Part shown: positions 53,964-64,000 of the stretch, piece by piece | Layout: each line of letters begins with the position of its first letter | Numbering within the stretch: the first letter of the stretch is position 1 | Assembly (NCBI GenBank): GCA_016875015.1 | Contig: VGSJ01000002.1 | Location: forward strand, 12,465 to 76,464 | Direction of reading: 5' to 3' | DNA from: Deltaproteobacteria bacterium | GTDB lineage: Bacteria > Desulfobacterota > Desulfobaccia > Desulfobaccales > 0-14-0-80-60-11 | Length of the DNA: 64,000 nucleotides | The notes under the pieces: generated by a model | The model's database searches: none | The model's input: only the letters and a program-made list of their open reading frames with translations | Told to the model about the DNA's origin: nothing | Translations under genes and position numbers: made by a program

Positions 53964-55199
53964 TTGCGTTTCTTCGAGTCTTTCGTAGCCTTGCGGCTGC
54001 TCCGGGGCGTCAAGCGCCAGAAAGGTTTTCTGTCGCTCTCCACGTTTATCTCCGTGTCCGGGGTGATGGTCGGGGTCATGGCCCTCATCGTGGTCATCGG
54101 GGTGATGACCGGCTTCGACCTGGATCTGAAGAAAAAAATCCTCAGCGTCAACGCCCACGTCATCGTGCTCAAACACGGGGCCAGCCTCACGGACGCCCCG
54201 CAGGTGGCCGAGAAAATCCGGAAAATCCCCGGGGTAGTCTCGGTTGAGCCATTCATCTACACTCAAGTGATGTACTCCGCCCCGGGGAGCGTCTCCGGCG
54301 GAGTCATCCGGGGCCTGGATCCGGAAACCATCCGGCGGGGAGGCCCCCACGCCCTGACCGTGACCCAGGGGCAGTTCGCCGACCTGGCCGCGGGCGCCCC
54401 CGGGGACCCCCCCCGGATCGCCATCGGCAACGAGCTCGCCAAAAACCTCAACCTGACGTTGGGAGACTACCTGAACATCGTCTCCCCGTTGGGCACCCTG
54501 ACGCCCATGGGGAGGTTGCCCCGGATGAAGGCCTTTCGGGTCACCGCCGTTTTTCACTCCGGCATGTACGAGTTCGACAACTCTCTGGTCTATACCAGCA
54601 TCCCGTCCCTCCAGGAATTTCTGGGTCTGGGCCAGCGGGTCACCGGCTTGGAGGCGGAAATCAAGGATATCTATGCCGCGGCGGATCTGGCGGAGGTCAT
54701 CGTCAAACAGCTCGGCCCGCCCTTTTATGCCAAGAACTGGATGGAGATGAACCGCAGCCTGTTCGCCGCCCTGAAGCTTGAGAAGATCGCCATGTTCATC
54801 ATCCTCACCCTGATCATCCTGGTGGCGGCTTTCGGCATCGCCTCCACTCTGTTCATGATGGTCATGAAAAAGACCCGGGACATCGCCATTCTCAAATCCA
54901 TGGGGGCCACCCGCCAGAGCATCATGCGGATTTTCATGATCAACGGCCTGGTCATCGGGGGTCTGGGCACGGTTGGCGGCCTGGGGCTGGGCCTGGCGCT
55001 CTGCGCCATCCTGAAAAAGTACCAGTTCATCAAGCTGCCCCGGGATGTCTATTATATCTCCACCCTGCCGGTGACGGTCCAATTGCCGGACGTGCTGGCC
55101 ATCATCGCCGCGGCCATGGCTATCAGCTTTTTCGCCACCCTCTATCCGGCCTGGCAGGCGTCCCGTCTGGACCCGGTGGAGGCCATCCGCTATGAGTAA
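53964..55199 (+). CDS. Lipoprotein-releasing system permease (LolC/E family)
   Basis: MacB/FtsX-type: N-terminal TM helix, periplasmic domain, C-terminal FtsX domain (...LKSMGA....I..IF...). Confidence 0.85.
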   Translation: MRFFESFVALRLLRGVKRQKGFLSLSTFISVSGVMVGVMALIVVIGVMTGFDLDLKKKILSVNAHVIVLKHGASLTDAPQVAEKIRKIPGVVSVEPFIYTQVMYSAPGSVSGGVIRGLDPETIRRGGPHALTVTQGQFADLAAGAPGDPPRIAIGNELAKNLNLTLGDYLNIVSPLGTLTPMGRLPRMKAFRVTAVFHSGMYEFDNSLVYTSIPSLQEFLGLGQRVTGLEAEIKDIYAAADLAEVIVKQLGPPFYAKNWMEMNRSLFAALKLEKIAMFIILTLIILVAAFGIASTLFMMVMKKTRDIAILKSMGATRQSIMRIFMINGLVIGGLGTVGGLGLGLALCAILKKYQFIKLPRDVYYISTLPVTVQLPDVLAIIAAAMAISFFATLYPAWQASRLDPVEAIRYE

Positions 55200-55374
55200 G
55201 GTTTTGGGTTTTGGGGCCGGGTCAGAAGCGGCGGCCCCGGGAACATTAACCGGTTGAGTCAGAAATTGTCCAAAACTTTAGAGGATGAAGCGCCGTGATA
55301 AAGGCGTATCAAAACGAAAACCCATTTGACGCTCCCGGGGGAAAGTGATAAGGTGGCTTACCGTTAGGAAAGCA

Positions 55375-56085
55375 ATGAAAGAAAATGTAACCTCTCAGAC
55401 TCCGGTAAAGATCGAGATCAGAGGGCTGGTCAAAACCTTCAGGCACAACGGCATCCAGGTGGAAGTGCTCGCCGGGGTGGACCTGGACATCCATCAGGGA
55501 GAGACCCTGGCGGTGGTGGGGGCCTCGGGGGTGGGAAAATCCACCCTGCTTCACATCTTGGGGACCCTGGAGCGGCCCAGCGCCGGGAAGGTGCAATGGG
55601 AGGGCGCAGACGTCTTCGCCCTGGATGACCGGTCCCTGGCGGCTTTTCGCAATCGCAAGGTGGGGTTTGTGTTTCAATTTCACCATTTGCTGGCCGAATT
55701 CAATGCCCTGGAAAATGTGATGATGCCGGGGCTCATCGCTCGTCTCCCCCAACCGGTGGCGCGGGAGCAGGCCGAGGCGATTCTGGTCCGGGTGGGGCTT
55801 AAAGATCGCTTGACCCACCGCGTCTCCACCCTGTCCGGCGGCGAGCAGCAGCGGGTGGCGGTGGCCCGGGCCTTGATGCTGGAACCGGAAGTGCTCCTGG
55901 CTGATGAACCCACCGGCAACCTGGATCCCAAGAGCGGGGCCCGGGTGCAGGAACTTATCCTTGAACTGAACCGCGAACGGGGCCTCACCTCGGTCATCGT
56001 CACCCACAACCTGGCGATGGCCCGCAGCCTTGACCGGCAGATTACCCTGCTGGATGGCAAGACAGTAATTTTACAGGGAGAATAA
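55375..56085 (+). CDS. lolD: Lipoprotein-releasing system ATP-binding protein
   Basis: GASGVGKSTLLHILG, LSGGEQQRVAVARAL, LLADEPTGNLD. Start moved to MKENVTS (AGGAAA SD). Confidence 0.85.
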   Translation: MKENVTSQTPVKIEIRGLVKTFRHNGIQVEVLAGVDLDIHQGETLAVVGASGVGKSTLLHILGTLERPSAGKVQWEGADVFALDDRSLAAFRNRKVGFVFQFHHLLAEFNALENVMMPGLIARLPQPVAREQAEAILVRVGLKDRLTHRVSTLSGGEQQRVAVARALMLEPEVLLADEPTGNLDPKSGARVQELILELNRERGLTSVIVTHNLAMARSLDRQITLLDGKTVILQGE

Positions 56086-56086
56086 G

Positions 56087-58747
56087 GTGGCACAACGCCT
56101 CATAGCATTATTTCTCCTGGTGTGGTTGGCGGTGGCGGCAGGCGGGCCGGCCCTGGCCCAGGAGCAGGACCTGGCCTTTAAGAAAGTTGCCGTCTTCCCA
56201 TTTGCCGTCACCAGCAAAGAACCCCTGGGGCATCTGGGGGAAAAGGTCAGCCAGGAAATCCGGGAGCGCTTGAAAACCGACGGCTACACCCCGGTTTCCC
56301 AGGAAGACCTGCACAAGGAGCTTTCCCATCTGACGGAACCCGTGAATGACGCCCAGGCTCAAGCAATCGGCCGGAAACTGGGGGCCGATATGGTCATCTG
56401 GGGCGCCTTGCTTAAGGTGGGAGACCTCCTCTCCCTGGAAGGCCACGCCCTGGATCTCAGCGGACGGAAAGCGGCCTCCACCCTGAAACTTACGGGGACG
56501 GGACTTCAATCCTTATCCGGCCTCAGCCGCCAGATGGCCCAGGAAATGAGCCTCAAAATTATGGGCAAAGAACGGGTGGCCCGTATCGTGATCAAGGGCA
56601 ACCGCCGCATCGAGAAAGATGCCATCCTGGGAGCGATGCAGACCCGGGAAGGGGAAACCCTGGCGCCGGCCCGCCTGCGGGAGGACTTGAAAGCCGTCTA
56701 TAAGATGGGCTATTTTACTGACGTCCGGCTGGAGTCCAGCGACACCCCGGAAGGGCGAATCCTGACCGTCCTGGTGCAGGAAAAACCCGCCATCCGCGAG
56801 ATCATGGTGGAAGGCAACCGTAACTTGAAAAAGGACAAAATCCTGGAGGCCATGAGCCTCAAACCTTTCTCCGTGGCCTCGGAAGGGGCCATCAAGGAAG
56901 ATATCAACAAAGTCCAGCAGGCGTATCGGGAAAAAGGTTATTACGAGGCCCAAATCTCCTATGAGCTGGCGCCGGTGGGCGAAAACGAAGTCAACCTGAT
57001 GCTCCGCGTCAATGAAGGCGGCAAACTGGCCGTCAAGTCGATTGACTTCGAGGGCAACAAGGCCTTCAGCTCCAAAGAACTCCGGAAGGTGATGGAAACC
57101 AAGGAGCGGGGTTTTTTTGCCCCCGTCGCCTGGATCACCGGCGCGGGCAAGCTGAACCGGGACGTCCTGGAACGGGACCTGGAAAAAGTCGCGGCGTTTT
57201 ATTACAACCACGGCTATATCAAGGCCAAGATCGGGGACCCCAAGGTCGACATCAAGGGGAATTGGATTTATGTCACCATTCCCGTGCAGGAAGGCCCCGA
57301 ATATCGCGTGGGCAAGATTGATATGTCGGGAGAGCTACTGGAAGACAAGAACACGCTCATAAAATTGCTGAAGACCCCCAAGGATGAGGTCTACAGCCGG
57401 GAGGTCTTGCAGGAGGATCTCACCACCCTGGCCGATTTCTACGCCGACCACGGCTATGCCAATGCCGATATTGTGCCCCTTGTCAAGGAGGACAACGAAA
57501 AGATGATAGTGGATGTCACCTTTGACATCCATAAAGGGCAGAAGATCTATTTCGAACGCATCGACATCGGCGGCAATGTCAAAACCCGGGACAAGGTGGT
57601 CCGCCGGGAACTCCGGGTCTACGAACAGGATCTCTTCTCCGCCACCAACCTCAAAGAGAGCATCAAGAACCTGAGGCGCCTGGAATATTTTGAAGATGTG
57701 AACTTCGCCACCACCCCGGGGAGCGCCCCCGACCGCATGAACCTGAAAATCACCGTCAAGGAGCGCCCCACCGGCACCTTCGGCCTCGGCGCGGGTTACA
57801 GCACCCAGGACCGCCTGGTGGGGATGGTGGAGGTCAGCCAGAACAACCTCTTCGGGCGGGGCCAGCAAGTCAAGATCTCGGGGATCATCGGTTCCATTTC
57901 CCACCGGCTCCGGGCTTCCTTTACGGAGCCCTACCTCTTCGACCGGCCCCTGGGGCTCGGCATCGACGCCTTTAACTGGGAGAGGCAATACAGCGAATAC
58001 ACCCGGGTCAGCAAGGGCGGCATGTTGCGCCTGAGTCATCCCCTGGCCTGGAAGTACACCCGCCTGTTCTGGATGTATCGCTTTGAGAACGTCAGCCTCA
58101 ATAACCTGGCCCCTAACGCCCCCCCGCAGCTGGTGCAGGCTTCCCAGATCCATAATACCAGCGCCACCTCCTTCGTGATCCGGCGGGATTCCCGGGACTC
58201 CCTGTTTGCCGCCACCAAGGGTTCGGACAACAGCCTCTCCTTTGAAATGGCCGGCCTGGGGGGTGATACGGCCTTTGTGCGCTATCTCGCGGAGACCGGC
58301 TGGTATTTCCCCTTTAAATGGAATATCGTCGGGGTGCTGCATGCCCGGGCCGGCGGGATGAACAAGTTGTCTTGGGGGCAGATGCCGGCCTACGAACTGT
58401 TCTACCTGGGCGGTATCGACACCATCCGGGGGTTTAAATACGCGGAAATCAGCCCCCGGGACCCGGTCTCCAATGACCGCATCGGTGGGACCCGATTCCT
58501 GCAATTTAACAATGAAATCAGGTTCCCGCTTTACAAGAAACTGGGCCTCACGGGGACCGTCTTTTTCGATGCCGGTAACGTCTACGGCCCCAACTATATC
58601 GGGCCGTTTTTGCGCACCAGCGTCGGCGCCGGCTTCCGCTGGTTTTCCCCCATGGGCCCCCTCCGGGTGGAATGGGGTTACAATCTTTCGAAGAAAACCT
58701 ATGAACGATCCAGTGCCTGGGAATTCACCATGGGCGGGTCATTCTAA
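56087..58747 (+). CDS. bamA: Outer membrane protein assembly factor BamA with extra N-terminal domain
   Basis: POTRA repeats begin at about residue 163 (RIVIKGNRRIEKDAI...). C-terminal Omp85 barrel ends ...WEFTMGGSF. About 140 aa precede POTRA1. Confidence 0.9.
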   Translation: MAQRLIALFLLVWLAVAAGGPALAQEQDLAFKKVAVFPFAVTSKEPLGHLGEKVSQEIRERLKTDGYTPVSQEDLHKELSHLTEPVNDAQAQAIGRKLGADMVIWGALLKVGDLLSLEGHALDLSGRKAASTLKLTGTGLQSLSGLSRQMAQEMSLKIMGKERVARIVIKGNRRIEKDAILGAMQTREGETLAPARLREDLKAVYKMGYFTDVRLESSDTPEGRILTVLVQEKPAIREIMVEGNRNLKKDKILEAMSLKPFSVASEGAIKEDINKVQQAYREKGYYEAQISYELAPVGENEVNLMLRVNEGGKLAVKSIDFEGNKAFSSKELRKVMETKERGFFAPVAWITGAGKLNRDVLERDLEKVAAFYYNHGYIKAKIGDPKVDIKGNWIYVTIPVQEGPEYRVGKIDMSGELLEDKNTLIKLLKTPKDEVYSREVLQEDLTTLADFYADHGYANADIVPLVKEDNEKMIVDVTFDIHKGQKIYFERIDIGGNVKTRDKVVRRELRVYEQDLFSATNLKESIKNLRRLEYFEDVNFATTPGSAPDRMNLKITVKERPTGTFGLGAGYSTQDRLVGMVEVSQNNLFGRGQQVKISGIIGSISHRLRASFTEPYLFDRPLGLGIDAFNWERQYSEYTRVSKGGMLRLSHPLAWKYTRLFWMYRFENVSLNNLAPNAPPQLVQASQIHNTSATSFVIRRDSRDSLFAATKGSDNSLSFEMAGLGGDTAFVRYLAETGWYFPFKWNIVGVLHARAGGMNKLSWGQMPAYELFYLGGIDTIRGFKYAEISPRDPVSNDRIGGTRFLQFNNEIRFPLYKKLGLTGTVFFDAGNVYGPNYIGPFLRTSVGAGFRWFSPMGPLRVEWGYNLSKKTYERSSAWEFTMGGSF

Positions 58748-58835
58748 CCTGGATGGGACTATTACAAGATTTTTCCGGCGATGGCTATCCCGCCGGGGAA
58801 GTAAGTTTTTATATCGAACAACTCAGGAGGTTTGC

Positions 58836-59342
58836 ATGTCTAAGGTAGGTGTGGGTCTATTGTTAAGCGCCGCTTTGGTTCTGACGCCAATGTTGGGGGC
58901 GGCCGCTGACTTCAAAGTCGGCGTCGTGGACGGTATGGACGTGGTTTCCAAATCCAGCGACGGCAGACGGGTCCAGGACTCCATCAAGCGCAAATCCGAG
59001 GAACTGGGCCGGCCGTTCGCCCAGAAACGCGCCGACCTGGCCAAGGAGGTCGAGGAATTCCAGAAGCAGGCATCGGTGATGAAAGAAGAGGCCCGCAAGC
59101 GCAAAGCGGAAGAGCTGGAAAAGAAGATGCAGGATTTTCAAAGGCAGGGCGGCGACGCCGAAAAGCAACTGCAGCAGTTCCAGGAAAAAGAACTGGCGCC
59201 GTTATTCCAGAAACTGGAAAGCGCCGTCAAAACCGTGGCCACGGAAAACAAGCTGGATATGGTTCTGGACAAGCGCAATGCCGGGCTCCTCTTTATGGAC
59301 CCCAAGCTGGATATCACCGAAAAGGTGCGCAGCAAGTTCTGA
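58836..59342 (+). CDS. skp: OmpH/Skp periplasmic chaperone
   Basis: Signal peptide, KVGVVD, a long charged coiled-coil, then ...LDMVLDK. ATG 58836 with AGGAGG SD. The longer track ORF is an upstream read-in. Confidence 0.85.
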   Translation: MSKVGVGLLLSAALVLTPMLGAAADFKVGVVDGMDVVSKSSDGRRVQDSIKRKSEELGRPFAQKRADLAKEVEEFQKQASVMKEEARKRKAEELEKKMQDFQRQGGDAEKQLQQFQEKELAPLFQKLESAVKTVATENKLDMVLDKRNAGLLFMDPKLDITEKVRSKF

Positions 59343-59355
59343 TCATAAGAACCGC

Positions 59356-60429
59356 ATGAAACACACCCTGGGCGAGCTGGCGGCCTTTCTGGGAGGAGAA
59401 CTCCAAGGGCCCGCCGATCTTTCCATTGAGGGCCTTGCCCCCATAGACCAAGCCACGCCCCGGGATATCACCTTCATCACCCAGAGGCGGTTCGCCCGCC
59501 TGGCGGATCAGAGCCGCGCCGCAGCCTTTATCGTGTCCCCGGAATACGCCCGGCTGGCGCGGCCCCTGATCATCGTGCCCCACCCCTATCTGGCCTACGC
59601 CCGGGTGGCGGCCCTCTTTGCCCCCCCGGTGCGGCGCTGGCCCGGTATCAGCGAGCTGGCCTATCTAGGCCCGGAAGTGGCCCTGGGCCAGGAGGTCTCT
59701 GTTGCCCCCCTGGTCTTTATCGGCTCCGGCGTGCGCCTGGGCGACCGGGTCACGATCATGCCCGGCTGCGTCATCAATGATGCGGTCCGAATCGGCGCCG
59801 ACACCCTGATCTATCCCAACGTCACCATCAGGGAGCGCTGCACCGTGGGAGAGCGGTGCATTATCCACAGCGGCACGGTGATCGGCTCCGACGGCTTCGG
59901 GTTCGTCCCTCAAGACGCTGGACACGTGAAGATCCCCCAGCTGGGGACGGTGGTCATTGAAGACGACGTGGAGATCGGCGCCAATTGCACCATCGACCGC
60001 GGGGCCTTGGGAGCCACCCGGGTGGGCCGGGGCGTTAAGATGGACAACCTGGTGCACCTGGCCCACAATGTGGAAGTGGGGGAATATTCCCTCCTGGTGG
60101 CCCAGGTAGGGGTGTCCGGCTCCACCAAACTGGGCAAAAGGGTGACCCTGGCGGGGCAGGTGGGGCTGACCGGCCATATAGAACTGGGCGACGGCGTCCA
60201 GGTGGGCGCCCAGTCCGGCGTGCACCGCTCCGTCCCCCCCGGCGAAACGGTGTCCGGCACCCCGGCGCGCCCGCACCGGGAATGGCTCCAGACCATGAGC
60301 CATCTCCCCAAACTCCCTGACCTCTACCAAAGGCTGAAACGGCTGGAGCAAGACGTGCGCGCCCTCTCCGCCAGACTGAACCAGGAGAAGGAAATCTCAA
60401 AGTTAAAAACTGGAAACCTTGAACCTTGA
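59356..60429 (+). CDS. lpxD: UDP-3-O-acylglucosamine N-acyltransferase
   Basis: Left-handed beta-helix hexapeptide repeats. N-terminal LGELA..LGGEL.G and LAP...A....I.F. ATG 59356. Confidence 0.9.
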   Translation: MKHTLGELAAFLGGELQGPADLSIEGLAPIDQATPRDITFITQRRFARLADQSRAAAFIVSPEYARLARPLIIVPHPYLAYARVAALFAPPVRRWPGISELAYLGPEVALGQEVSVAPLVFIGSGVRLGDRVTIMPGCVINDAVRIGADTLIYPNVTIRERCTVGERCIIHSGTVIGSDGFGFVPQDAGHVKIPQLGTVVIEDDVEIGANCTIDRGALGATRVGRGVKMDNLVHLAHNVEVGEYSLLVAQVGVSGSTKLGKRVTLAGQVGLTGHIELGDGVQVGAQSGVHRSVPPGETVSGTPARPHREWLQTMSHLPKLPDLYQRLKRLEQDVRALSARLNQEKEISKLKTGNLEP

Positions 60430-60448
60430 ACCTTGAACTTTGAACCTC
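60413..60448. repeat. Five tandem GAACCTT-like heptamers spanning the lpxD stop
   Basis: GAAACCTT GAACCTT GAACCTT GAACTTT GAACCTC. Confidence 0.8.
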
Positions 60449-60461
60449 AGGAGCCTGAACC

Positions 60462-60917
60462 ATGACCTTACCGCAGACCCTGAGTCTGGAAGAAATTCTC
60501 AAAATCCTCCCCCACCGTTATCCTTTTCTCCTGGTGGACCGGATCACCAGTCTGGAGAAGGGCAAACGCGTGGTGGGTCTGAAAAATGTCACCATTAATG
60601 AGCCATTTTTTCAAGGGCATTTCCCTGGCCGCCCCATCATGCCCGGCGTCCTCATCGCCGAGGCCATGGCCCAGGTGGGGGGCATCCTGGCCCTCTTGTC
60701 CCTCCCGGAGCACCTGGGCAACTCCTCCCTCTTCCTCCTGGGCATAGACAAGATGCGCTTCCGCCAGCCGGTGGTCCCGGGAGATCAACTGCGGATCATC
60801 GTTGAATCCCTGCGCGGCGGCAAAAAATTCTGGAAAATGAAGGCCCAGGCCTTTGTCAACCAGACCCTGGTGGCCGAAGGGGAGCTCATGGCCGCGGTGG
60901 GTCAAGGGGAGGCATGA
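60462..60917 (+). CDS. fabZ: 3-hydroxyacyl-ACP dehydratase
   Basis: [28 protein letters not shown]. Confidence 0.95.
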   Translation: MTLPQTLSLEEILKILPHRYPFLLVDRITSLEKGKRVVGLKNVTINEPFFQGHFPGRPIMPGVLIAEAMAQVGGILALLSLPEHLGNSSLFLLGIDKMRFRQPVVPGDQLRIIVESLRGGKKFWKMKAQAFVNQTLVAEGELMAAVGQGEA

Positions 60918-61729
60918 GTATGGTCCAAATCCACCCCACCGCTCTGGTGGATAAAACCGTCGAACTGGGTGAGGGCGTCACCGTTGGGCCTTACAGCATT
61001 ATCCAAGGCCGGGTGCGGATCGGCCACGACACCCACATCGGCTCCCACGTGGTGATTAAGGACTTCACTACCATCGGCAACAAGTGCGAGATTTTCCAGT
61101 TCGCGGTCATCGGCGAAATTCCCCAGGACTTGAAATTCCAGGGCGAGGAAACCCAACTGATCATCGGCGACGGCAACATCATCCGGGAGTTTGCCACCCT
61201 CCACCGGGGCACCGCCGGCGGCGGCGGCGTCACCCGCATCGGCCACGGCAACCTGTTCATGGCCTACACCCACGTGGCCCACGACTGTCAGGTGGGCAAC
61301 GGCGTCATCATGTCCAACGCCGCGACCCTGGGCGGGCACATCACCCTGGAGGACTACGCCATTTTGGGAGGCCTCTCCGCGGTCCACCAGTTTTGCCATA
61401 TCGGCTGCCACGCCTTTGTGGGCGGGTGTTCGGCGGTGCATCGGGACGTCCCCCCGTACGCCATGGCCGTGGGCAACCGGGCCAAGCTGGTGGGGCTCAA
61501 TCTGGTGGGGTTGAAACGGCACGGCTTTACGGACTCCTCCCTCCAGCCCTTGAAACGGGCCTACGAGCTCCTGTTCCTCTCGGAGTTGAACCAGAAAGAG
61601 GCCATCACCAGGATCAAAAACGAATTGCCCCCGACTCCCGAGGTCGGCCACCTCCTGACGTTTCTGGAGACTTCGGAGCGGGGCCTACTCCCGGCGGATG
61701 TCCGAGAACATCGGCTTAATCGCGGGTAA
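60914..61729 (+). CDS. lpxA: UDP-N-acetylglucosamine O-acyltransferase
   Basis: IHPTA.V......G..V.IGP. Hexapeptide repeats followed by a C-terminal helical domain. Confidence 0.95.
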   Translation: MSMVQIHPTALVDKTVELGEGVTVGPYSIIQGRVRIGHDTHIGSHVVIKDFTTIGNKCEIFQFAVIGEIPQDLKFQGEETQLIIGDGNIIREFATLHRGTAGGGGVTRIGHGNLFMAYTHVAHDCQVGNGVIMSNAATLGGHITLEDYAILGGLSAVHQFCHIGCHAFVGGCSAVHRDVPPYAMAVGNRAKLVGLNLVGLKRHGFTDSSLQPLKRAYELLFLSELNQKEAITRIKNELPPTPEVGHLLTFLETSERGLLPADVREHRLNRG

Positions 61730-62504
61730 GGGGCAGTTCCCCCTCCTGTTCGCCCAGGCCGCCCGGCAGCAGGGGGCCGCGGTCGTCGCGGTGGCCCATC
61801 AGGGGGAGACTGACCCGGCCCTGGCCTCCTTCGTGGCCGAACTCCACTGGATTCACGTAGGCCAGCTGGGCAAAATCATCCGCATTTTCAAGGCCGCCGG
61901 GGTCCGGCAGGCGGTAATGGCCGGCGGCATCAGCCGGGGCCGCCTTTTCCGGGAGTTTCGCCCCGACTGGCGGGCCTTGAGCGTCATCCGCCGGGCCGGC
62001 GCCGGCCAGGACGACCGCCTCCTCCGGGCCGTAGCCGACGAGTTGGAGGCCGAAGGCATTACCATCGCCCCCTCCACCCTCTTCCTCCATGACCTCCTGG
62101 CCACCCCGGGCCCCCTCAGCCGCCGTCCTCCCACCCCGACCGAGCTGGCCGACATCAACCTGGGAGTGCAAACGGCCAGGGAGCTGGGCCGTCTGGACCT
62201 CGGCCAGTGCGCGGTGGTGCGGCGCCAGGTGGTGGTGGCCCTGGAGACCATCGAAGGCACCGACGCGGCCATCCGCCGGGGCGGCGCCCTGGCCGGTCCC
62301 GGCGCCGTGGTGGTCAAGATGAGCAAGCCCGGCCAGGACCTTCGCTTCGACGTGCCCGCCGTGGGCCTGGACACCATCGCCACCATGCGGGAGGTTAAGG
62401 CCGCGGCGCTGGCCATCGAGGCCGGCAAGACCCTGATCTTCGACCGTGCGGAAATGCTTAAGGTGGCGGACCAGGCCGGGATTGCGGTCTGGGGAATCTT
62501 GTAA
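61698..62504 (+). CDS. lpxI: UDP-2,3-diacylglucosamine pyrophosphatase LpxI (DUF1009)
   Basis: [18 protein letters not shown] and ..D.GQ.....G.V.A.E..EGTD..I.R. Positioned after lpxA. Confidence 0.8.
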   Translation: MSENIGLIAGKGQFPLLFAQAARQQGAAVVAVAHQGETDPALASFVAELHWIHVGQLGKIIRIFKAAGVRQAVMAGGISRGRLFREFRPDWRALSVIRRAGAGQDDRLLRAVADELEAEGITIAPSTLFLHDLLATPGPLSRRPPTPTELADINLGVQTARELGRLDLGQCAVVRRQVVVALETIEGTDAAIRRGGALAGPGAVVVKMSKPGQDLRFDVPAVGLDTIATMREVKAAALAIEAGKTLIFDRAEMLKVADQAGIAVWGIL

Positions 62505-62603
62505 TGTAATGCCAGGGTTAAACGCTACCAATCTATGGGCCTCCTTGCTGTCGAGTTCCCATTCCTGTACAACAATCTAAAACTTCATGGAGCCTGAGAG
62601 AGA

Positions 62604-63782
62604 ATGGAATTTATTGATCTGGCCAGCCAACAAACGCGCCTCAAACAGAAACTTGATGACAACATCCAACGGGTGCTGGCGCATGGAAAATACGTCATGG
62701 GCCCCGAGGTGCTGGAGCTGGAAAAGCAGCTCGCCGGCTATGTAGGCGCCAGGCATGCGATAGGGTGTGCCTCGGGCACCGATGCCCTGCTGCTCGCTCT
62801 CCTGTCATACGGCGTTGGGTCGGGTGATGCCATTTTCACTACACCCTTTACGTTTATTGCTACTGCCGAAGTCATCTCCCTCCTGGGAGCGGCGCCAATC
62901 TTTGTTGATATCGAATCCTCCACTTTCAACCTGGACCCGACAAAGCTTAAACTGGCTGTCCAGGCGGTTCAATCCAACGATCCTTCGGTTTACCCGCTCC
63001 CTTATTGTCGCCCAGGCGGCCGCGGCGCGCTTCCGCCGCTCCGACCGAGAGGGGTAATTACCGTTGACTTGTTCGGTCTCCCGGCCGACTATGATCGCCT
63101 CAACGCGATATCATCCGAAAATGATCTCTTTGTCATTGAAGATGCGGCCCAATCTTTCGGGGCTGAATACAAGGGTAACAAAGCCTGTGCCCTGGGCCAT
63201 ATTGGGTGCACTTCCTTCTTTCCCGCCAAGCCATTGGGTTGTTATGGAGATGGCGGCATGTGCTTTACGGCGGATGACAGCCTCAACGAGACGATCCGTT
63301 CGCTTCGGGTCCATGGCCAGGGCCACCACAAATATGACCATGTCAGAATCGGCATCAACGGGCGGCTCGACACCTTGCAAGCGGCCATTCTGCTGGCCAA
63401 ATTTGAGATCTTTCCGGAAGAAGTGGAACTTCGGCAACAGGTCGCGCAACGCTACTCTGAACTGCTGGCCCCATGCTCTGGAATCCATACTCCCTCCATA
63501 CCGGCAGGATACTTGAGCGTCTGGGCCCAGTATTCGCTTCTTGCAGAAAGCGAAACCCACCGCACCGCTTTGCAGCAGAAGTTGAAAGAGGCGGGGATTC
63601 CAACCGCGATCTACTATCCCAAGCCGTTACATCTGCAGACCGCGTTTGCGGCCTTAGGCTACCAGAAAGGGGATTTCCCCATAAGTGAGGATTACGCCAC
63701 CCGCATTTTCAGTGTGCCGATGCACCCATACCTGCAAGCGGCACAGCAGGAGAGCATCGCGGCGATTCTGCGCCGGGTATAA
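62604..63782 (+). CDS. DegT/DnrJ/EryC1/StrS-family PLP aminotransferase
   Basis: G.EV.ELE..LA.Y.G....I.C.SGTDAL..AL, and FFP.K.LG..GDGG. Confidence 0.85.
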   Translation: MEFIDLASQQTRLKQKLDDNIQRVLAHGKYVMGPEVLELEKQLAGYVGARHAIGCASGTDALLLALLSYGVGSGDAIFTTPFTFIATAEVISLLGAAPIFVDIESSTFNLDPTKLKLAVQAVQSNDPSVYPLPYCRPGGRGALPPLRPRGVITVDLFGLPADYDRLNAISSENDLFVIEDAAQSFGAEYKGNKACALGHIGCTSFFPAKPLGCYGDGGMCFTADDSLNETIRSLRVHGQGHHKYDHVRIGINGRLDTLQAAILLAKFEIFPEEVELRQQVAQRYSELLAPCSGIHTPSIPAGYLSVWAQYSLLAESETHRTALQQKLKEAGIPTAIYYPKPLHLQTAFAALGYQKGDFPISEDYATRIFSVPMHPYLQAAQQESIAAILRRV

Positions 63783-63825
63783 GGTGCATTGCGAGCCTGC
63801 CACGGCAAGAAATCTCTGAAAGTTA

Positions 63826-63889
63826 AGCCCGCAGAGATCAACTTTACAGACCTTTCAGGTTAGGGGTTGACCAGTGCGGGCTTTTTTTC
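63826..63889 (+). terminator. Rho-independent terminator (long imperfect hairpin plus T7)
   Basis: AAGCCCGCA...(41 nt, partly self-paired)...TGCGGGCTT followed by TTTTTTT. Confidence 0.7.
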
Positions 63890-63905
63890 AGCCAAGGAGA
63901 GAACG

Positions 63906-64000
63906 ATGACTCTGAAACTGAGTCAGCGCCATGAATGGGTGGCACAGTCTGAAATACGGAACATGTCCATTGAATGCGACCGCGTACAGGGGATCAACCT
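63906..64000 (+). CDS. Class I/II PLP aminotransferase, 3'-truncated by window edge
   Basis: MTLKLSQRHEWVAQSEIRNMSIECDRVQGIN: the S.IR.M....... start is typical of AspC-like aminotransferases. Confidence 0.6.
   Translation, partial: MTLKLSQRHEWVAQSEIRNMSIECDRVQGIN

Noticed and set aside
53613-55082. 489-aa minus-strand ORF
   Set aside because: It is antisense to lysS and lolC/E, with a low-complexity D/G/H/P-rich translation.
57335-58504. 389-aa minus-strand ORF
   Set aside because: It is antisense to bamA.
1-64000. tRNA, rRNA, tmRNA, SRP RNA genes and CRISPR arrays
   Set aside because: I scanned by eye for GGTTCGAATCC-type T-arms, rRNA-conserved blocks, tmRNA/SRP motifs and regularly spaced direct repeats and found none. 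A tRNAscan, Infernal or CRISPR-finder run would be needed for certainty.

Overview
High-GC bacterial chromosomal segment (about 60% or more, judged by eye). The gene content fits a Gram-negative anaerobe of the Deltaproteobacteria/Thermodesulfobacteriota type, which I infer from content only: tungstate uptake, PEP-CTERM proteins, LpxI, a LutB-like Fe-S protein.

Most of the window is housekeeping. Genes I recognise: hemC, sfsA, prs, tupABC with a ModE-like regulator, nadE, a cyclophilin, an MltB-like transglycosylase, polX, purE, alr, argS, a SPOR protein, a BepA-like M48 protease, rsfS-nadD-proA, an M24 peptidase, a LUD/Fe-S protein, ppiD, ybgF/cpoB, a cbiM-cbiQ-cbiO type Ni/Co ECF importer, a PHP phosphatase, pdxJ, ybeY, a 7TM-HD protein, phoH, yjbQ, lysS, lolCD, bamA-skp-lpxD-fabZ-lpxA-lpxI, a DegT-type aminotransferase.

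Accessory or unusual content:
1. A low-GC mosaic patch at about 16.7-20.6 kb holds a TIGR04325-like methyltransferase, a PEP-CTERM protein and a tripartite toxin-antitoxin-SecB-like-chaperone (TAC) module with its own promoter, operator and terminator.
2. A 53-aa His/Cys-rich microprotein ORF, absent from the ORF track, has its own near-consensus promoter just downstream of the Ni/Co ECF transporter.
3. A family of exactly 102-nt inverted-repeat-bounded elements is docked on TAA stop codons.
4. Several decayed gene remnants are present: a type ISP-like RM C-terminus, an HD-type phosphohydrolase C-terminus, a T6-tract frameshifted gene, and a duplicated PEP-CTERM tail.
5. The intergenic regions are dense with GC-hairpin repeat families.

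I saw no rRNA, tRNA or CRISPR array. All coordinates refined beyond the ORF track were mapped by hand and may be off by a few nt. No database search or computation was run.
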